Shown here: one piece after another, positions 36,994 to 47,600 of the stretch | How the letters are laid out: every line of letters begins with the position of its first letter | Numbering within the stretch: the stretch's first letter is position 1 | NCBI GenBank assembly: GCA_049968255.1 | Contig: JBMFRB010000005.1 | Location: forward strand, 133,822 to 197,821 | DNA length: 64,000 nucleotides | Reading direction: 5' to 3' | DNA from: Candidatus Sumerlaeaceae bacterium | GTDB lineage: Bacteria; Sumerlaeota; Sumerlaeia; Sumerlaeales; Sumerlaeaceae | Program-made: the position numbers and the translations under genes | The notes under the pieces: model-generated | What the model saw: only the letters and a program-made list of their open reading frames with translations | The model's database searches: none | Told to the model about the DNA's origin: nothing

Positions 36994-38517
36994 ATGTACG
37001 CAACGATGAAAAGCGTGGTGGCTGTGGAAAGGCAAAAGCAACCGAGGCACATTGGACTTGTTCCCGCGGTGCGGAGGCAATGGCTTTTGTTGGTTGCGGC
37101 CTACTTGCTCTCCGCGCTCAGTGCGTGGACTCAAGCCCCGGCGCCTGAAAATACGGGGGAGAGCGGTGCACCCGAAACAGCGCAGCCGACATCCGCGAGC
37201 GAATTTGTTGCAGTTCCTGATCTTGCAGCACAGCTCAAGAAGATAGATCCAAACGCTGTGGTGGAATGGGACGGTCGCCGCTTACGCATCGCGGCAAAGA
37301 ACCAAAAATTCACGCTTTTCCTGAGCAGCTCAGACGTCGTCATCAACGGTACGCCGCAGAAAGTGTCCTCCCCCCTGCGAGTTTATCGTGGCGAACTCTA
37401 TGTGCCTCAAGACGCCGTGGACCTTCTCGCCACGGAATTGGCTAAAAGTGCCCCAGAGGCGGCGCCGACCGGAACCCCTACGCCGCCAACACCGTCGCCC
37501 ACACCCACTCCAGCGTCGGTACTCACACCGAGCCCGAGCGCGTCACCTACTCCAACGCCAACGGCATCACCCACGCCTCAATCAACGGCGCAACCCACGC
37601 CAACGAAAACACCGACGATGGCGGAAACCCTTCCTCAGCCGACGCCTTCCCCGACGCCACGGCCTACCTCACACGTCGCCATCGAGATTAAGCCGAGCGC
37701 GGCGAAGGCCACACCGCCTCTCGCAAAAGTTTCCCAGGCACCCTCGGGCGACGCCTTTGCGCGACTCCTTCATGAGCGCGACCAAATTGCGCACGCCGCG
37801 ATCACTCCGCTGTCTCGGGCTGAGTTGGAACAACGCGCCCGCAGTTCACACGTCGAAAAAATTATTCTGGATCCTGACGAAGGAATCACCGCTGATGCTT
37901 CATCAGAGATCCGTCGACAGAGTCATCTGACGCTGCAGCTCGCGATGAAAATCAAAATGCGCCTTACTGGCGCCGGCTACAGAGTCGAACTCACACGCGA
38001 GGATCCGCAATACGTGTCGCTTGCTCAAAAACTCCAACGAATCCGCGGCTCTCAGGGAGATCTGTTGGTGTCTCTAAGAAGCGGAACTCATGCGTCGGCG
38101 AGTGTGAGCGGTGCACGGATATTTTATCCAAGTCCGACCACTGACTACGCGGTGGGCAAACCAGAGCTGGCGTCGGGCAGCGACACGGTACCGGTTGAGC
38201 AAACTTATCTCCCCTTCGCCGAGAAAAGCAAGCAGGTTGCCTCGGTGTGTCTGGCGGCACTGAAAACTGTGGGTGGCACAGGAGATGCGGCGACGATGTT
38301 GCCGGCCCCGCTTTTTCTCGGACGGCGAGCCCCCATGCCTTCCGTCCATCTTGTGGTGGGATACCTTTCGAATCCGTCGGATCGGGCACGGCTGCTCGAT
38401 GAGGTTGAGCAGGATCGGCTAGCGAACGCCCTGGCGCAGGCCATCATTGAGTTTGCCTCCGGCGCAAAGGCTACGAGCCAGGAATCAGCAAAAGTTCAGA
38501 GAAGAGGGCTCCCATGA
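36994..38517 (+). CDS. Exported Amidase_3-like protein (probably inactive) with N-terminal stalk-like domain and Pro/Thr linker
   Basis: VINGT......P.....GELYVP domain, long PT-rich linker, then amidase scaffold IILDP, VELTRE.D.YVSL, GARIFYP and MPSV...GYLSNP.D with the metal ligands replaced. Start uncertain. Confidence 0.78.
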   Translation: MYATMKSVVAVERQKQPRHIGLVPAVRRQWLLLVAAYLLSALSAWTQAPAPENTGESGAPETAQPTSASEFVAVPDLAAQLKKIDPNAVVEWDGRRLRIAAKNQKFTLFLSSSDVVINGTPQKVSSPLRVYRGELYVPQDAVDLLATELAKSAPEAAPTGTPTPPTPSPTPTPASVLTPSPSASPTPTPTASPTPQSTAQPTPTKTPTMAETLPQPTPSPTPRPTSHVAIEIKPSAAKATPPLAKVSQAPSGDAFARLLHERDQIAHAAITPLSRAELEQRARSSHVEKIILDPDEGITADASSEIRRQSHLTLQLAMKIKMRLTGAGYRVELTREDPQYVSLAQKLQRIRGSQGDLLVSLRSGTHASASVSGARIFYPSPTTDYAVGKPELASGSDTVPVEQTYLPFAEKSKQVASVCLAALKTVGGTGDAATMLPAPLFLGRRAPMPSVHLVVGYLSNPSDRARLLDEVEQDRLANALAQAIIEFASGAKATSQESAKVQRRGLP

Positions 38518-39116
38518 GCGAGCGGCGGGACGATGATTTTGGGCGGTTCCTTTACGTGGTCACGGTGACAGGGCTAGTGGTGACCTTGCTTGGACTGGGG
38601 GCGATTTGGTATTATTTTAATTACGGGACACTCCCCATCCCCAACGTGCCGAATCCGCAGAAAATGCTGGCGAGCCGCACCGTGTTGGGGCCCAACCAGG
38701 TCATGCTTTACTATACCCGCGACGGCAAAACGCTGTCGGGAGTAGTTGCGGAGCTAGATGCGGGCGTGGTTACACCGACCGATCGCGCGCGCACCATCGT
38801 GAACATGCTCCTCGAGGGGCGTGCCTCACTTGGGCTCCGCTCGGCCATTCCTGAGGGGACAACATTGCACTCGGTGTTCGTGACAAACGGCCTGCTTGTC
38901 GTCAATCTTTCGAAGGAATTCGTGAACAACCTCGCCGCCGATAGTAACCTTGAGCTGCTGGCTGTTTACTCGCTGGTCAACAGTTTGTTATTCAATATCG
39001 AGGCGGTGGATGGTGTGCAGCTTCTCATCGAGGGCGAGAAGGTCCCCACGCTGCGGGGCACCGTGGATACGGACCATCCGCTTGTAGCGAATCAGGCTTT
39101 TACGCGGGCTTTGTAG
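38514..39116 (+). CDS. GerMN domain protein
   Basis: N-terminal [30 protein letters not shown] and [13 protein letters not shown] motifs. ATGA overlap with the upstream gene. Confidence 0.88.
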   Translation: MSERRDDDFGRFLYVVTVTGLVVTLLGLGAIWYYFNYGTLPIPNVPNPQKMLASRTVLGPNQVMLYYTRDGKTLSGVVAELDAGVVTPTDRARTIVNMLLEGRASLGLRSAIPEGTTLHSVFVTNGLLVVNLSKEFVNNLAADSNLELLAVYSLVNSLLFNIEAVDGVQLLIEGEKVPTLRGTVDTDHPLVANQAFTRAL

Positions 39117-39984
39117 CAGCGAGTCGCTCTTTGACGAGCGGGCCGACCTGATCAGGGCGCTCCGCCACAGGCACGCCAGCGGCAGTGAGTGCAGCGATTT
39201 TCTCTTTGGCTGTCCCTTTGCCACCGGAAATGATCGCACCAGCGTGTCCCATGCGCTTGCCTGGCGGTGCGGTAAGCCCCGCAATGAATCCCACGACAGG
39301 CTTGCTCATACGCGTTTTGATGAACTCCGCTGCCTGTTCTTCGTCCGTGCCGCCAATCTCACCGATCATGACAACGGCATCGGTTTCAGGGTCGTTTTCG
39401 AAAAGTTCGAGCGCATCGACGAAGGTGGTGCCGATGATGGGGTCACCACCAATCCCGATGCACGTGGATTGACCCAATCCGTGCAGAGTGAGTTCTTTGA
39501 CAATTTCATAGGTGAGCGTGCCACTGCGCGACACGACGCCGATCCGGCCTTCCTTGTGAATGTGGCCTGGCATGATGCCGACTTTTGCCTTGCCCGGCGA
39601 AATTACACCCGGGCAATTGGGGCCGACCACGCGCACGCCTTGCTGCTTGGCATACCAGTAAACTGGAATCATGTCGCGAACCGGAATGCCTTCGGTGATA
39701 ATCACGACCAACTTCACACCGCTAGCGATCGCCTCAAGAGCGGCGTCCGCGGCAAAAGCTGCGGGCACGTAAATGACGCTGGCATTGGCGTCGGTGGCTG
39801 CGACGGCTTCCTTCATCGTGTTATACACGGGCACCTCCAGGACATTTTCGCCGCCGCGCCCGGGAACCACACCGGCCACCACGCGAGTGCCATAGGCGAT
39901 CATTTGCTGACCATGAAACCGGCCCTCGTTGCCGGTGATTCCCTGAATAATCAAGCGGGTGTCGCGATCAACCAGAACGCTCAT
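39100..39984 (-). CDS. sucD: Succinyl-CoA synthetase alpha subunit
   Basis: [30 protein letters not shown] and RMGHAGAII motifs. Confidence 0.97.
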   Translation of the reverse strand: MSVLVDRDTRLIIQGITGNEGRFHGQQMIAYGTRVVAGVVPGRGGENVLEVPVYNTMKEAVAATDANASVIYVPAAFAADAALEAIASGVKLVVIITEGIPVRDMIPVYWYAKQQGVRVVGPNCPGVISPGKAKVGIMPGHIHKEGRIGVVSRSGTLTYEIVKELTLHGLGQSTCIGIGGDPIIGTTFVDALELFENDPETDAVVMIGEIGGTDEEQAAEFIKTRMSKPVVGFIAGLTAPPGKRMGHAGAIISGGKGTAKEKIAALTAAGVPVAERPDQVGPLVKERLAATKPA

Positions 39985-40249
39985 GGGATAAATATTCCTC
40001 TCACAATCTCGATGACGATCCAGAAGTCATGAATGTGCAGCAGTGTTTTGGCACAGAGCTTTCTTGTCAATCCCAGATTCGATTGGAAACCGTGGCCAGC
40101 ATTAGGGGGGGGCATGGTGAGAAGTGTTGCACGCAGGCGCATTAGGACAAGATTTTTGAGTCGATTTTTCTTGAAATAGCAAGGCAGGTATTTGGTAAAG
40201 TGTTGAGTTAGAAGGTTAGAAAAATATCGCTGTACGGGGTTATGGTAAA

Positions 40250-40396
40250 ATGAATAGAAATGTGGTAGGGATTATTCTCATTATTGTCGCTGCGGCGCTG
40301 GTGGGACTTTATGCTTGGCCGAAGCTGAAACCGTACTTTTCAACACCGGCCGCACCGGCTGGACCAGGTGGTGATATGACCACCATGGCGCTGTAA
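40250..40396 (+). CDS. Small single-pass membrane protein (48 aa), below the ORF-track cutoff
   Basis: MNRNVVGIILIIVAAALVGLYAWPKLKPYFSTPAAPAGPGGDMTTMAL*. Lies in an otherwise empty 740-bp gap and is followed by a terminator. Confidence 0.6.
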   Translation: MNRNVVGIILIIVAAALVGLYAWPKLKPYFSTPAAPAGPGGDMTTMAL

Positions 40397-40432
40397 CCGA
40401 GCCAGCTAGAAAAAGTCGAGCGAAGGTTTTAT

Positions 40433-40466
40433 AGCAGATGCACGCGAGTGCGTGGTCTGCTTTTTT
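40433..40466 (+). terminator. Intrinsic terminator after the small ORF
   Basis: AGCAGA-tg-CACGC-gagt-GCGTG-g-TCTGCT hairpin running into a T6 tract. Confidence 0.65.
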
Positions 40467-40725
40467 ATTGGCAAATAGCAAAGAGAAAGAAGTCTAGCAT
40501 CTCCACTATGTTCTTCCTGCGTGTAAGCATGGGGACAAATTCTCGAGAGGGCAAAGAAATGCCAAAGTCAGCGCGGATGTAAGCATACCCTCGCATGCTT
40601 CAAACGTCCCTAAGCGAGGCTCTCTCACGAAGACTCCTCGTTTGCTCAGCGACAAATCCAGCTCTGCGCTCTCACTCTAAGCCGCGAGGCTCTTTGGCCG
40701 TGGGCCTTCTGCCAAACGTAGGCCC

Positions 40726-43020
40726 TTAGAATTTGTACTCGAGCTTTGCATTGTCGAGCTCGCGTTGCTTCAAGGCTTTGAGTCTACGGTCCAATTCCAC
40801 TTCGCGCCAAGCACGGTAGGCATAGGCTTCAATTTCGCCAAAGGAGGGCTTTCGTGCCCGCTGTTCATCTTCCACCACATAAGTGACAGCACGCCCGTTT
40901 TCAATTTTGGGCGGGAGGTAGCTTCCTTTCGGCACTTTCTCTAATTCTGCCGGCAGCTCGGGATGGTCGGACATGTAGACGAAACCCAGATCGCGGTACG
41001 CAAGTTGCCAGTCGGCACTGCGATAATTTTTGACAACCTCGCGCAAATGCGAGGGTGTGATGGTGCGATTGTGAACTGGTGGCTTCGGCATCCCCGCAAG
41101 TTGTCTCGTCGTAGGGGGGGCGGCACCAGAGGGTGCGATGGCTTCGGGTGTGGAGAAGCCAAGCGGTCCTACCCATGTTCCTGAATTTTTGCCCGAGTCA
41201 GCCGGAATCGGAACATGTCCCGCTGGCGATTTTGTTGTGTCGGCCGGACGAATCCCACCTTTGGCAGGCGACTCTGCACCAGCGCCACCCGCCGATGTGG
41301 TCGTGGCATCGACCCGCCCGAGCGCCTCGGTCGTTGTCTTGTCCGTGGCAACTGTGGCCGATGTTTCTGCGGTCGCATCGGAAGAGATTCCCCCAACAGC
41401 CGCTGATGATGTGGATAGGCCTTCCTCGGCCGAGAGCGTCGTTGGGAGATCGCCTAATTCAGGAATTACCGCCTCGGGTTCGCTGGGAACAAGAGGAGAT
41501 CGTGATTCTCCACCGCCCTCTTCGAGCGCGCGTTCAAGTTCGGCGATTGTCTGCTCAGGCCGGGCCGAAGTATTGAGAGGGGTGAGGGTTACTTCGACAA
41601 TGCGCTTCATTGGCATGGGCGTAAAAAGTTCTGGGTGTGCTCTCCAGAATCGCCTGACGACTTCGCGTGACGGCTTAAGCTGGCAGGAAAGGGTTTCTTT
41701 CAATTTTTCAAGCCGCGCCAGGTTGCGAGCCATTTCCAACATTGGGGGAAGGAAAACGCTATGCTGAGCTCCCCCTTCTGCGACTTCCTGGGCAATCGCC
41801 TCACCTTCAAGAATGCGCCGTAGGGTGTACTCGACGGCATCCTCGCGTGACGCGAGGTCTTCGCTCACCAGCGACGGAAAGATGTTCAGGAGTTGCCCCT
41901 TTGTGATACGGAAACCGTGGACTGAGCCCACTACGTGATCCGATGGCTTTTCATCCCAAGGCTTCATATCGAGCACTGGACGCCGTTTTTCTTCGAGCAA
42001 GACCTTGATGTCCCACAAGTACTGCGCACGGAGAACCTGGCGCGTCAGTCCTTCTTCCACTTTGGCCGCTTGTTGGGGATTGTCGAGGGAGAGCTCTTCG
42101 GGCGGCAGGTTTTCGATGAGCTGCACAAGGTAAAAGCCATGGGGCCCGCGAATCACTTCGCTCACTTCGCCCGGCTGCATATGCGACACAGCATCTTCAA
42201 GGTAGAAAAACACTTCACCGCGTTTGAAGGGCGGCACCTGGCCTCCGTTTTGCGCGCTGGGCGCCTGGGAAAAACGGCGAGCAGCCTCAGGGAAATCGAT
42301 TTTTCCACGCAGAATGTCCTGACGCAAATCCTCGAGCCGTTTCTGAACAGCGTCCTGTGTATCGAGGGGATCTGTTTCCTCTGAGCGCATGAAAATGTAG
42401 CGAACACGCCAACGCTCGGGGGCTGCCAGTTCACTGCGGTGCTCCTGAAGGTATTTTACGCGGTCCGCATCGGTGATGCGAATTTTCGATCGCACGACGT
42501 TGGCAACGTAAACAAAACGGTAGGCCTCAAGTGCCGAAACTTGAGCCCGCGCTTCATCAATGTCGTTCCATTCGGCATCTCTAACAAATCGCGGCACGAT
42601 CTGATTGACGAACACGTAATTCTCAATGGCTTTACGGATTTGCTTCGCGAGCTTCTCTTTTTCTTCAGGGAACCTTTCTTTGTCGTACTTCTCCAAAATG
42701 TAGGCAGGCTGTGGTCCCCGCGTCATGATGAGGAAGAGATAGAGGTCGCGTGCCGTCACTTTACCCCACTTCGTGGTAGCCACAACGCGCTCAGGCTCCC
42801 CAATGTAAAGCGATTCGAACAAAGGATGGTCGGAAATACCAGTGCCCGTGGGCTGAAGCACTCCACGCAGAGGCGTAGCAGTGCCGCCAATGGCCCCCAT
42901 TCCAAACGCAGCGGCACGCTGCTGAAATTTAGAAGAGGATGGGATGGCAAAAGCGACCTCGCTCAAGAGGCCGAAAGCCAGTATGATCAAGGCAACACTA
43001 AACCACCGCGCCCACCGCAT
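40726..43020 (-). CDS. Exported parvulin-type peptidyl-prolyl isomerase (SurA/PrsA-like) with a long low-complexity insert
   Basis: Signal peptide, rotamase motif DFPEAARRFSQAPSAQNGG...PGEVSEVIRGPHGFYLVQ, and a T/S/A/P-rich region. ATG at 43020 behind AGAAAGG. Confidence 0.82.
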   Translation of the reverse strand: MRWARWFSVALIILAFGLLSEVAFAIPSSSKFQQRAAAFGMGAIGGTATPLRGVLQPTGTGISDHPLFESLYIGEPERVVATTKWGKVTARDLYLFLIMTRGPQPAYILEKYDKERFPEEKEKLAKQIRKAIENYVFVNQIVPRFVRDAEWNDIDEARAQVSALEAYRFVYVANVVRSKIRITDADRVKYLQEHRSELAAPERWRVRYIFMRSEETDPLDTQDAVQKRLEDLRQDILRGKIDFPEAARRFSQAPSAQNGGQVPPFKRGEVFFYLEDAVSHMQPGEVSEVIRGPHGFYLVQLIENLPPEELSLDNPQQAAKVEEGLTRQVLRAQYLWDIKVLLEEKRRPVLDMKPWDEKPSDHVVGSVHGFRITKGQLLNIFPSLVSEDLASREDAVEYTLRRILEGEAIAQEVAEGGAQHSVFLPPMLEMARNLARLEKLKETLSCQLKPSREVVRRFWRAHPELFTPMPMKRIVEVTLTPLNTSARPEQTIAELERALEEGGGESRSPLVPSEPEAVIPELGDLPTTLSAEEGLSTSSAAVGGISSDATAETSATVATDKTTTEALGRVDATTTSAGGAGAESPAKGGIRPADTTKSPAGHVPIPADSGKNSGTWVGPLGFSTPEAIAPSGAAPPTTRQLAGMPKPPVHNRTITPSHLREVVKNYRSADWQLAYRDLGFVYMSDHPELPAELEKVPKGSYLPPKIENGRAVTYVVEDEQRARKPSFGEIEAYAYRAWREVELDRRLKALKQRELDNAKLEYKF

Positions 43021-43207
43021 GTTGAGCAACCTTTCTCGACTCGCAACTTGGAAGCATTGCGACGCTTACCGCTGGCCGGAGTTTATGAGCAAGCCAAAAC
43101 ACCCACGCAGCGAAAAGGATTCTTGAAATCTGCCGTCATCGGTTATAGCTGGCTTATTAGATTAGCCTAGCACGGGAAATGTATTTCCACCACACGAGAG
43201 GTGCCCG

Positions 43208-43714
43208 ATGAGCACGGCAAAACTTGAATCCGAAAAGTTAGAACTCACGTTCACTCTCAACGGCAAGCCCTGCGTTGCGCTTGTGGATCCCGAAAAACCG
43301 CTTCTTGAAATCTTGCGCATGGAAATTGGGCTCATGGGTACGAAGGGAGCCTGTCTGGAAGGCGAATGCGGCAGCTGTACGGTGCTGCTCGACGGTAAGG
43401 CTGTGAACTCGTGCCTCGTCATGGCTGGCCAGGTCCAAGGACGTGAGGTCACGACAATTGAGGGCCTGGCGAAAAACGGCACATTGGACGTTGTGCAGGA
43501 GAAGTTCATCGAGACGGGGGCAGCTCAATGCGGCTACTGCACGCCCGGCCTGATCCTTGCAGCAAAGTATTTCATTGATTCCATGCCCGACGCCAGCGAG
43601 GACGATGTGATTTCTGCGCTGGAAGGCAACATCTGTCGGTGCACGGGCTACAACAAGATCGTTGAGGCGGTCAGGCTAGCCTATCGCGAAGTCCATGGTG
43701 TGACGAGAGGTTGA
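43208..43714 (+). CDS. (2Fe-2S)-binding small subunit of the xanthine/CO dehydrogenase family (CoxS/XdhC-like)
   Basis: GTKGACLEGECGSCTVL, NSCL, QCGYCTPG and GNICRCTGY motifs. Confidence 0.93.
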   Translation: MSTAKLESEKLELTFTLNGKPCVALVDPEKPLLEILRMEIGLMGTKGACLEGECGSCTVLLDGKAVNSCLVMAGQVQGREVTTIEGLAKNGTLDVVQEKFIETGAAQCGYCTPGLILAAKYFIDSMPDASEDDVISALEGNICRCTGYNKIVEAVRLAYREVHGVTRG

Positions 43715-43726
43715 AAGACTTCGGAC

Positions 43727-44599
43727 ATGCCTAGGATAAGCGCGGGCGCGATGAGAGGATTCGTTCTCGTTGCAAGTCTTTTCGTGCTGAGCGGCAGCCA
43801 AGTCAGTGGCCAACCCACGTTCCTCGAGCGTTCCCATAGAGCCTTTAACGATTTTCTGCGCACGTATGTAGTCACTGAGCTCACGTACAAGGAAGGGAAG
43901 GAATTCGAGAGTTCGCGCGTGCGCTATGGCGCGCTGAAACGCGATGATCGCTGGACATCGTTTGTAGAGTCGCTTGCCAAAGTCGACAGTGCGTATCTGC
44001 GCACGGCCGATCGAGAGGACCGAATAGCATTCTGGATCAATACTTATAATGCCCTCATCATTGACACGGTGATCCAGCACTATCCCATCAGAGCAACCGT
44101 GGCTTATCCCAATCCTAGCATTCGTTCTATCAAAGGCGCTTGGGATGTTCCGCATGAGGTCGCGGGACAAAAATACTCCCTGAGTGACGTCGAAGACATA
44201 CTTGGCAAACTTGGTGACGGCCGCGTGTGGTTCCTCACGTGTCCGGCTGCCATGGGTGGGCCGAACCTTCGCCCCTATGCGCTTACTCCGACAAATATCG
44301 AACAGGAGCTTGAGTCGGCCTGTGGAGGGTGGGTAAACGATCCGCGCCACGTGCGAATCAACTCGGCAGCCAACGAGCTCGAGGTGAGTGATTACCTTGA
44401 GGACAAGTTGGCAAGTCTCAATGAGCCGGTTCGCAGTTTTTTTCCTGGCGCCGAAAAATACCCTTTGTCGCAACGCGCCCTCATAGATACCTTGCTGCGG
44501 CGCTTGCCACCCGAGAAGAAGGATTACATCCGCGCCAAGTGTCCTACGGTGGTGTTTATTCCTCTCGACTGGACGCTCAACGACGCTGCGTCATTCTAA
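43727..44599 (+). CDS. DUF547 domain exported protein
   Basis: Signal peptide, VRYGAL, IAFWINTYNA, YSLSDVE..L, D.RVWF...C.A.GGP.L and WTLND motifs. Confidence 0.85.
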   Translation: MPRISAGAMRGFVLVASLFVLSGSQVSGQPTFLERSHRAFNDFLRTYVVTELTYKEGKEFESSRVRYGALKRDDRWTSFVESLAKVDSAYLRTADREDRIAFWINTYNALIIDTVIQHYPIRATVAYPNPSIRSIKGAWDVPHEVAGQKYSLSDVEDILGKLGDGRVWFLTCPAAMGGPNLRPYALTPTNIEQELESACGGWVNDPRHVRINSAANELEVSDYLEDKLASLNEPVRSFFPGAEKYPLSQRALIDTLLRRLPPEKKDYIRAKCPTVVFIPLDWTLNDAASF

Positions 44600-44635
44600 T
44601 CGCAGCGTTGCGGAGCGCGATCCTTTTTGCCAGGG

Positions 44636-47600
44636 TCATTGCCTGCGGGATCGAGCAAATTCCCACGCAGCCGCGGCAGGCATCGGCGGACCAAAGAGGA
44701 ATCCTTGAACAAAAGGTACGCCAAGTTCCCGCAGATGCGCTGCCTGCATTTCATTCTCGACCCCTTCGGCGACCAGTTGGACACCGAGTGTTCGCCCAAG
44801 ATTGACAATGGTCTGGAGAATCTCCGGGCGCTCGCGTGGCGTGCCAAGCGATGACACAAACATATGGTCAATTTTGATAAGATCCACCGGAAGTCGTTGC
44901 AAATAGCCAAAGGAGGAGTAGCCACTGCCAAAGTCGTCCACCGCTAACCTCAGACCGCGCTCGCGCAACGAATTCAAGGCCGAGGAAACCTGTTCATGCT
45001 CGTCAAGGAAAATGCTTTCCGTGACCTCGATGACCAGCAAACGCGGTGGCACTCCCGTCTCGCGCAGAACGTTTTCGAGCTGCTCGAAAACAATTGGTTC
45101 TTGGAGCTGGCGAGCAGACATGTTGATCGTGAGCGCAAGATTACTTGCTGGATCAGCTTTTAGCCAGTCGGCAAGCTGCGCGCATCCCCGTCGCAGGACG
45201 TAATCCCCGACGTCGAGGATCAGCCCAGTCTCCTCTGCAACCGCCAGGAATTCGAGTGGCAAAAGCATACCACGTAGCGGATGACGCCAGCGAACAATGG
45301 ACTCGAATCCCCACACGGTTGAGTCCATAAGGCATACAATTGGCTGAAACAGCAGGTCGAATTGTTGCTCCTGTACGGCACGACGCAGATCTGTCTCGAG
45401 CTGGAGGCGACTTTGAGCGCGCAACCGCATCTCCGGCGTAAAGACTTCAACACGGTGTCCGCCCAAGGCTTTTGCACGAAACATGGCGGTGTCGGCGTCG
45501 CGCAACATCTCTTCTGCGCTGGCGTAGCTGGAATCCGACATGACGAGGCCGCCACTCGCCGTGACGTAGATATCTCCCACGCTGAGACGGAACGGGCGAT
45601 CGAAGACGCTTAGGAGTTCTTCTGCTAGCTGCTCCGCTTGCTGGCGGTCGCGGATATCATCAAACAGAACAAAGAATTCGTCGCCGCTCAGGCGCCCAAG
45701 GACGTCGCCTGGGCGAAGAGCTTTTTCGAAAGCAGTCGCTACAGCACAAAGGAGCTCGTCCCCAACGCGATGCCCGTGACTGTCGTTGATAAGCTTAAAG
45801 CGGTCTATGTCGAGCAGCAGGATGGCGAAAGCGTAGCTGAATTCGCGGCGCGTAATACCGATCGAGTGCTCGACGTGCTCGAGCATGAGGGTGCGGTTGG
45901 CAAGCTTGGTCAGGCCGTCGTGGAGGGCATCGAACAGCAATTGCTCTTCGGCTTTTTTGCGTGGCGTTAGGTCGGAAAGTGAGCCGGCCATACGGACAGG
46001 GGTCCCGGTGGAGTCGCGCACGGCAAGCCCACGGCAAAGGATCCATCTCTGTTGGCCGTTGCTGCACAGGGCACGGAATTCTGCCGCCAGCTGAGGCGTG
46101 GCGCCGCTCAGGTGCGCTGCAAGAGCCTTACGAAATGCCTCGCGATCTTGTGTGTCAATGCATTTCAACCATTCCTCGATGGTCGTGTACTGTTCTTCGC
46201 CAGCAAGCCCGAGCAGCTCGTTCCAGCGTGGTGAAAGGTAAAGTTTTTCGCCGCGAATGTCCCAGTCCCAAATCGCATCGTTGGAGCCAAGAACTGCGAG
46301 GGAGAAGCGCTCCTCGCTCTCGCGAAGAGCATCAGCCATCCGCTCGCGCTCCGTCACGTCTTCAACGATTGAGGCCACGCCAATGACTGTGCCGTCTGGG
46401 CTCACCAAGGGAGTGTTGTACCAGCAACAAACCACAGGGTGTCCATCTTTCCTCAGATTGACATTCTTCGCATGTGTCCCACCCTTTTGAGTCAAAAGGT
46501 TGTCCCAAACCTGCTGGACGAAATCCCGAACCGGTGGAGGAACGATAAGATCAAAGGCGTGACGTCCCAAAGCCTCATTCCGCGAGTACCCAAAAATGCG
46601 CTCTGCGCCCGGATTCCATTCTTCGACACAAAAATCCTTCGACCAGCGGATGATGCCGAGAGGGGTTTGCTCGAAAAGAAGCTTGAGTTGTTGTTCGGAG
46701 CGCTGAATGCGCCTCAGCGCTTCCTTTTGCTGGGTGACATCCTGAAGAACGACCTGCAACGCCGGGCTGTCTTTGTAGCTGGTGGGGATCTCGCGTGCCT
46801 CAATGGTCAGAGCGCGACCATCGAAGCGACGAATTTCGAACTCGATGGAGGGCAAGGCTGCCACCTGAGAAATAGCTCGGGCCAAGCGTTCTTCTATGAG
46901 GGGTTTGAGCGAATCACTGACAAAATCGAGAAAACGGACATCCAGAAGGTCCTCGTTAGACGAGGCTCCCAGCAACTGCACCCCAGCTGGGTTCACATAT
47001 TTAATCAGCCCATTTTGCAAAACGAGGATGGCTACAGGAGCTTGCTCGACGAGCTTACGATAGCGCTCCTCACTCTCACGGACTTGGTGTTCGGCGCGAG
47101 CGCGTTGCAGGGCAGGCGCCACCACATCCGCCACGCGTTGCAGGATACCTAGATCCTCCTGCGTGTAGCGGCGAGTGTGGTAGGATTGAATCGAAATGAC
47201 ACCGATGACACCATCCGGGAGCCGAATCGGTACGTAAAGAAGTGTCTGCGAGCGATGCTCGACATCGCCAAACGGACGCAACGTCGGTTCCGCGCCGTGT
47301 TCTGCGACGTCAATGAGCACAGATTCGCCGGCGAGAGCACGGCGCATCGGTCCGCTAAGCGACTCGGGCGGGTCTATTGTGCCCGGAAAAACCTGCCGTA
47401 CCCCCTCGACGGTATCTACATATTCGATGACGCGACGCCTATTGCCGGGTTGGCGAACCACAAAGCAATAGGCATCCCAATCGAAGAGTTCCTGCGTGAT
47501 TTCCTGCACAGTTGCTGAAATCCGCTCAATAGTGTCGTCGCCAGCAAGCCGAAGGGCAAGGCGGCCGAGCAGGCGACGTTCCTGTTCCACGCGCACCTTT

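Noticed and set aside
37455-37670. Apparent tandem DNA repeats (ACGCC-rich)
   Set aside because: Explained by the Pro/Thr linker of the amidase-like protein; no fixed nucleotide unit.
40049-40064. Sigma-54 promoter (TGGCAC-AGAGC-TTTCT)
   Set aside because: The -12 element lacks the required GC dinucleotide.
44636-45800. Inactive GGDEF/EAL domains because of SGDEF and ESI variants
   Set aside because: Both are tolerated variants in some active enzymes and the other catalytic motifs are present; activity cannot be judged from sequence alone.
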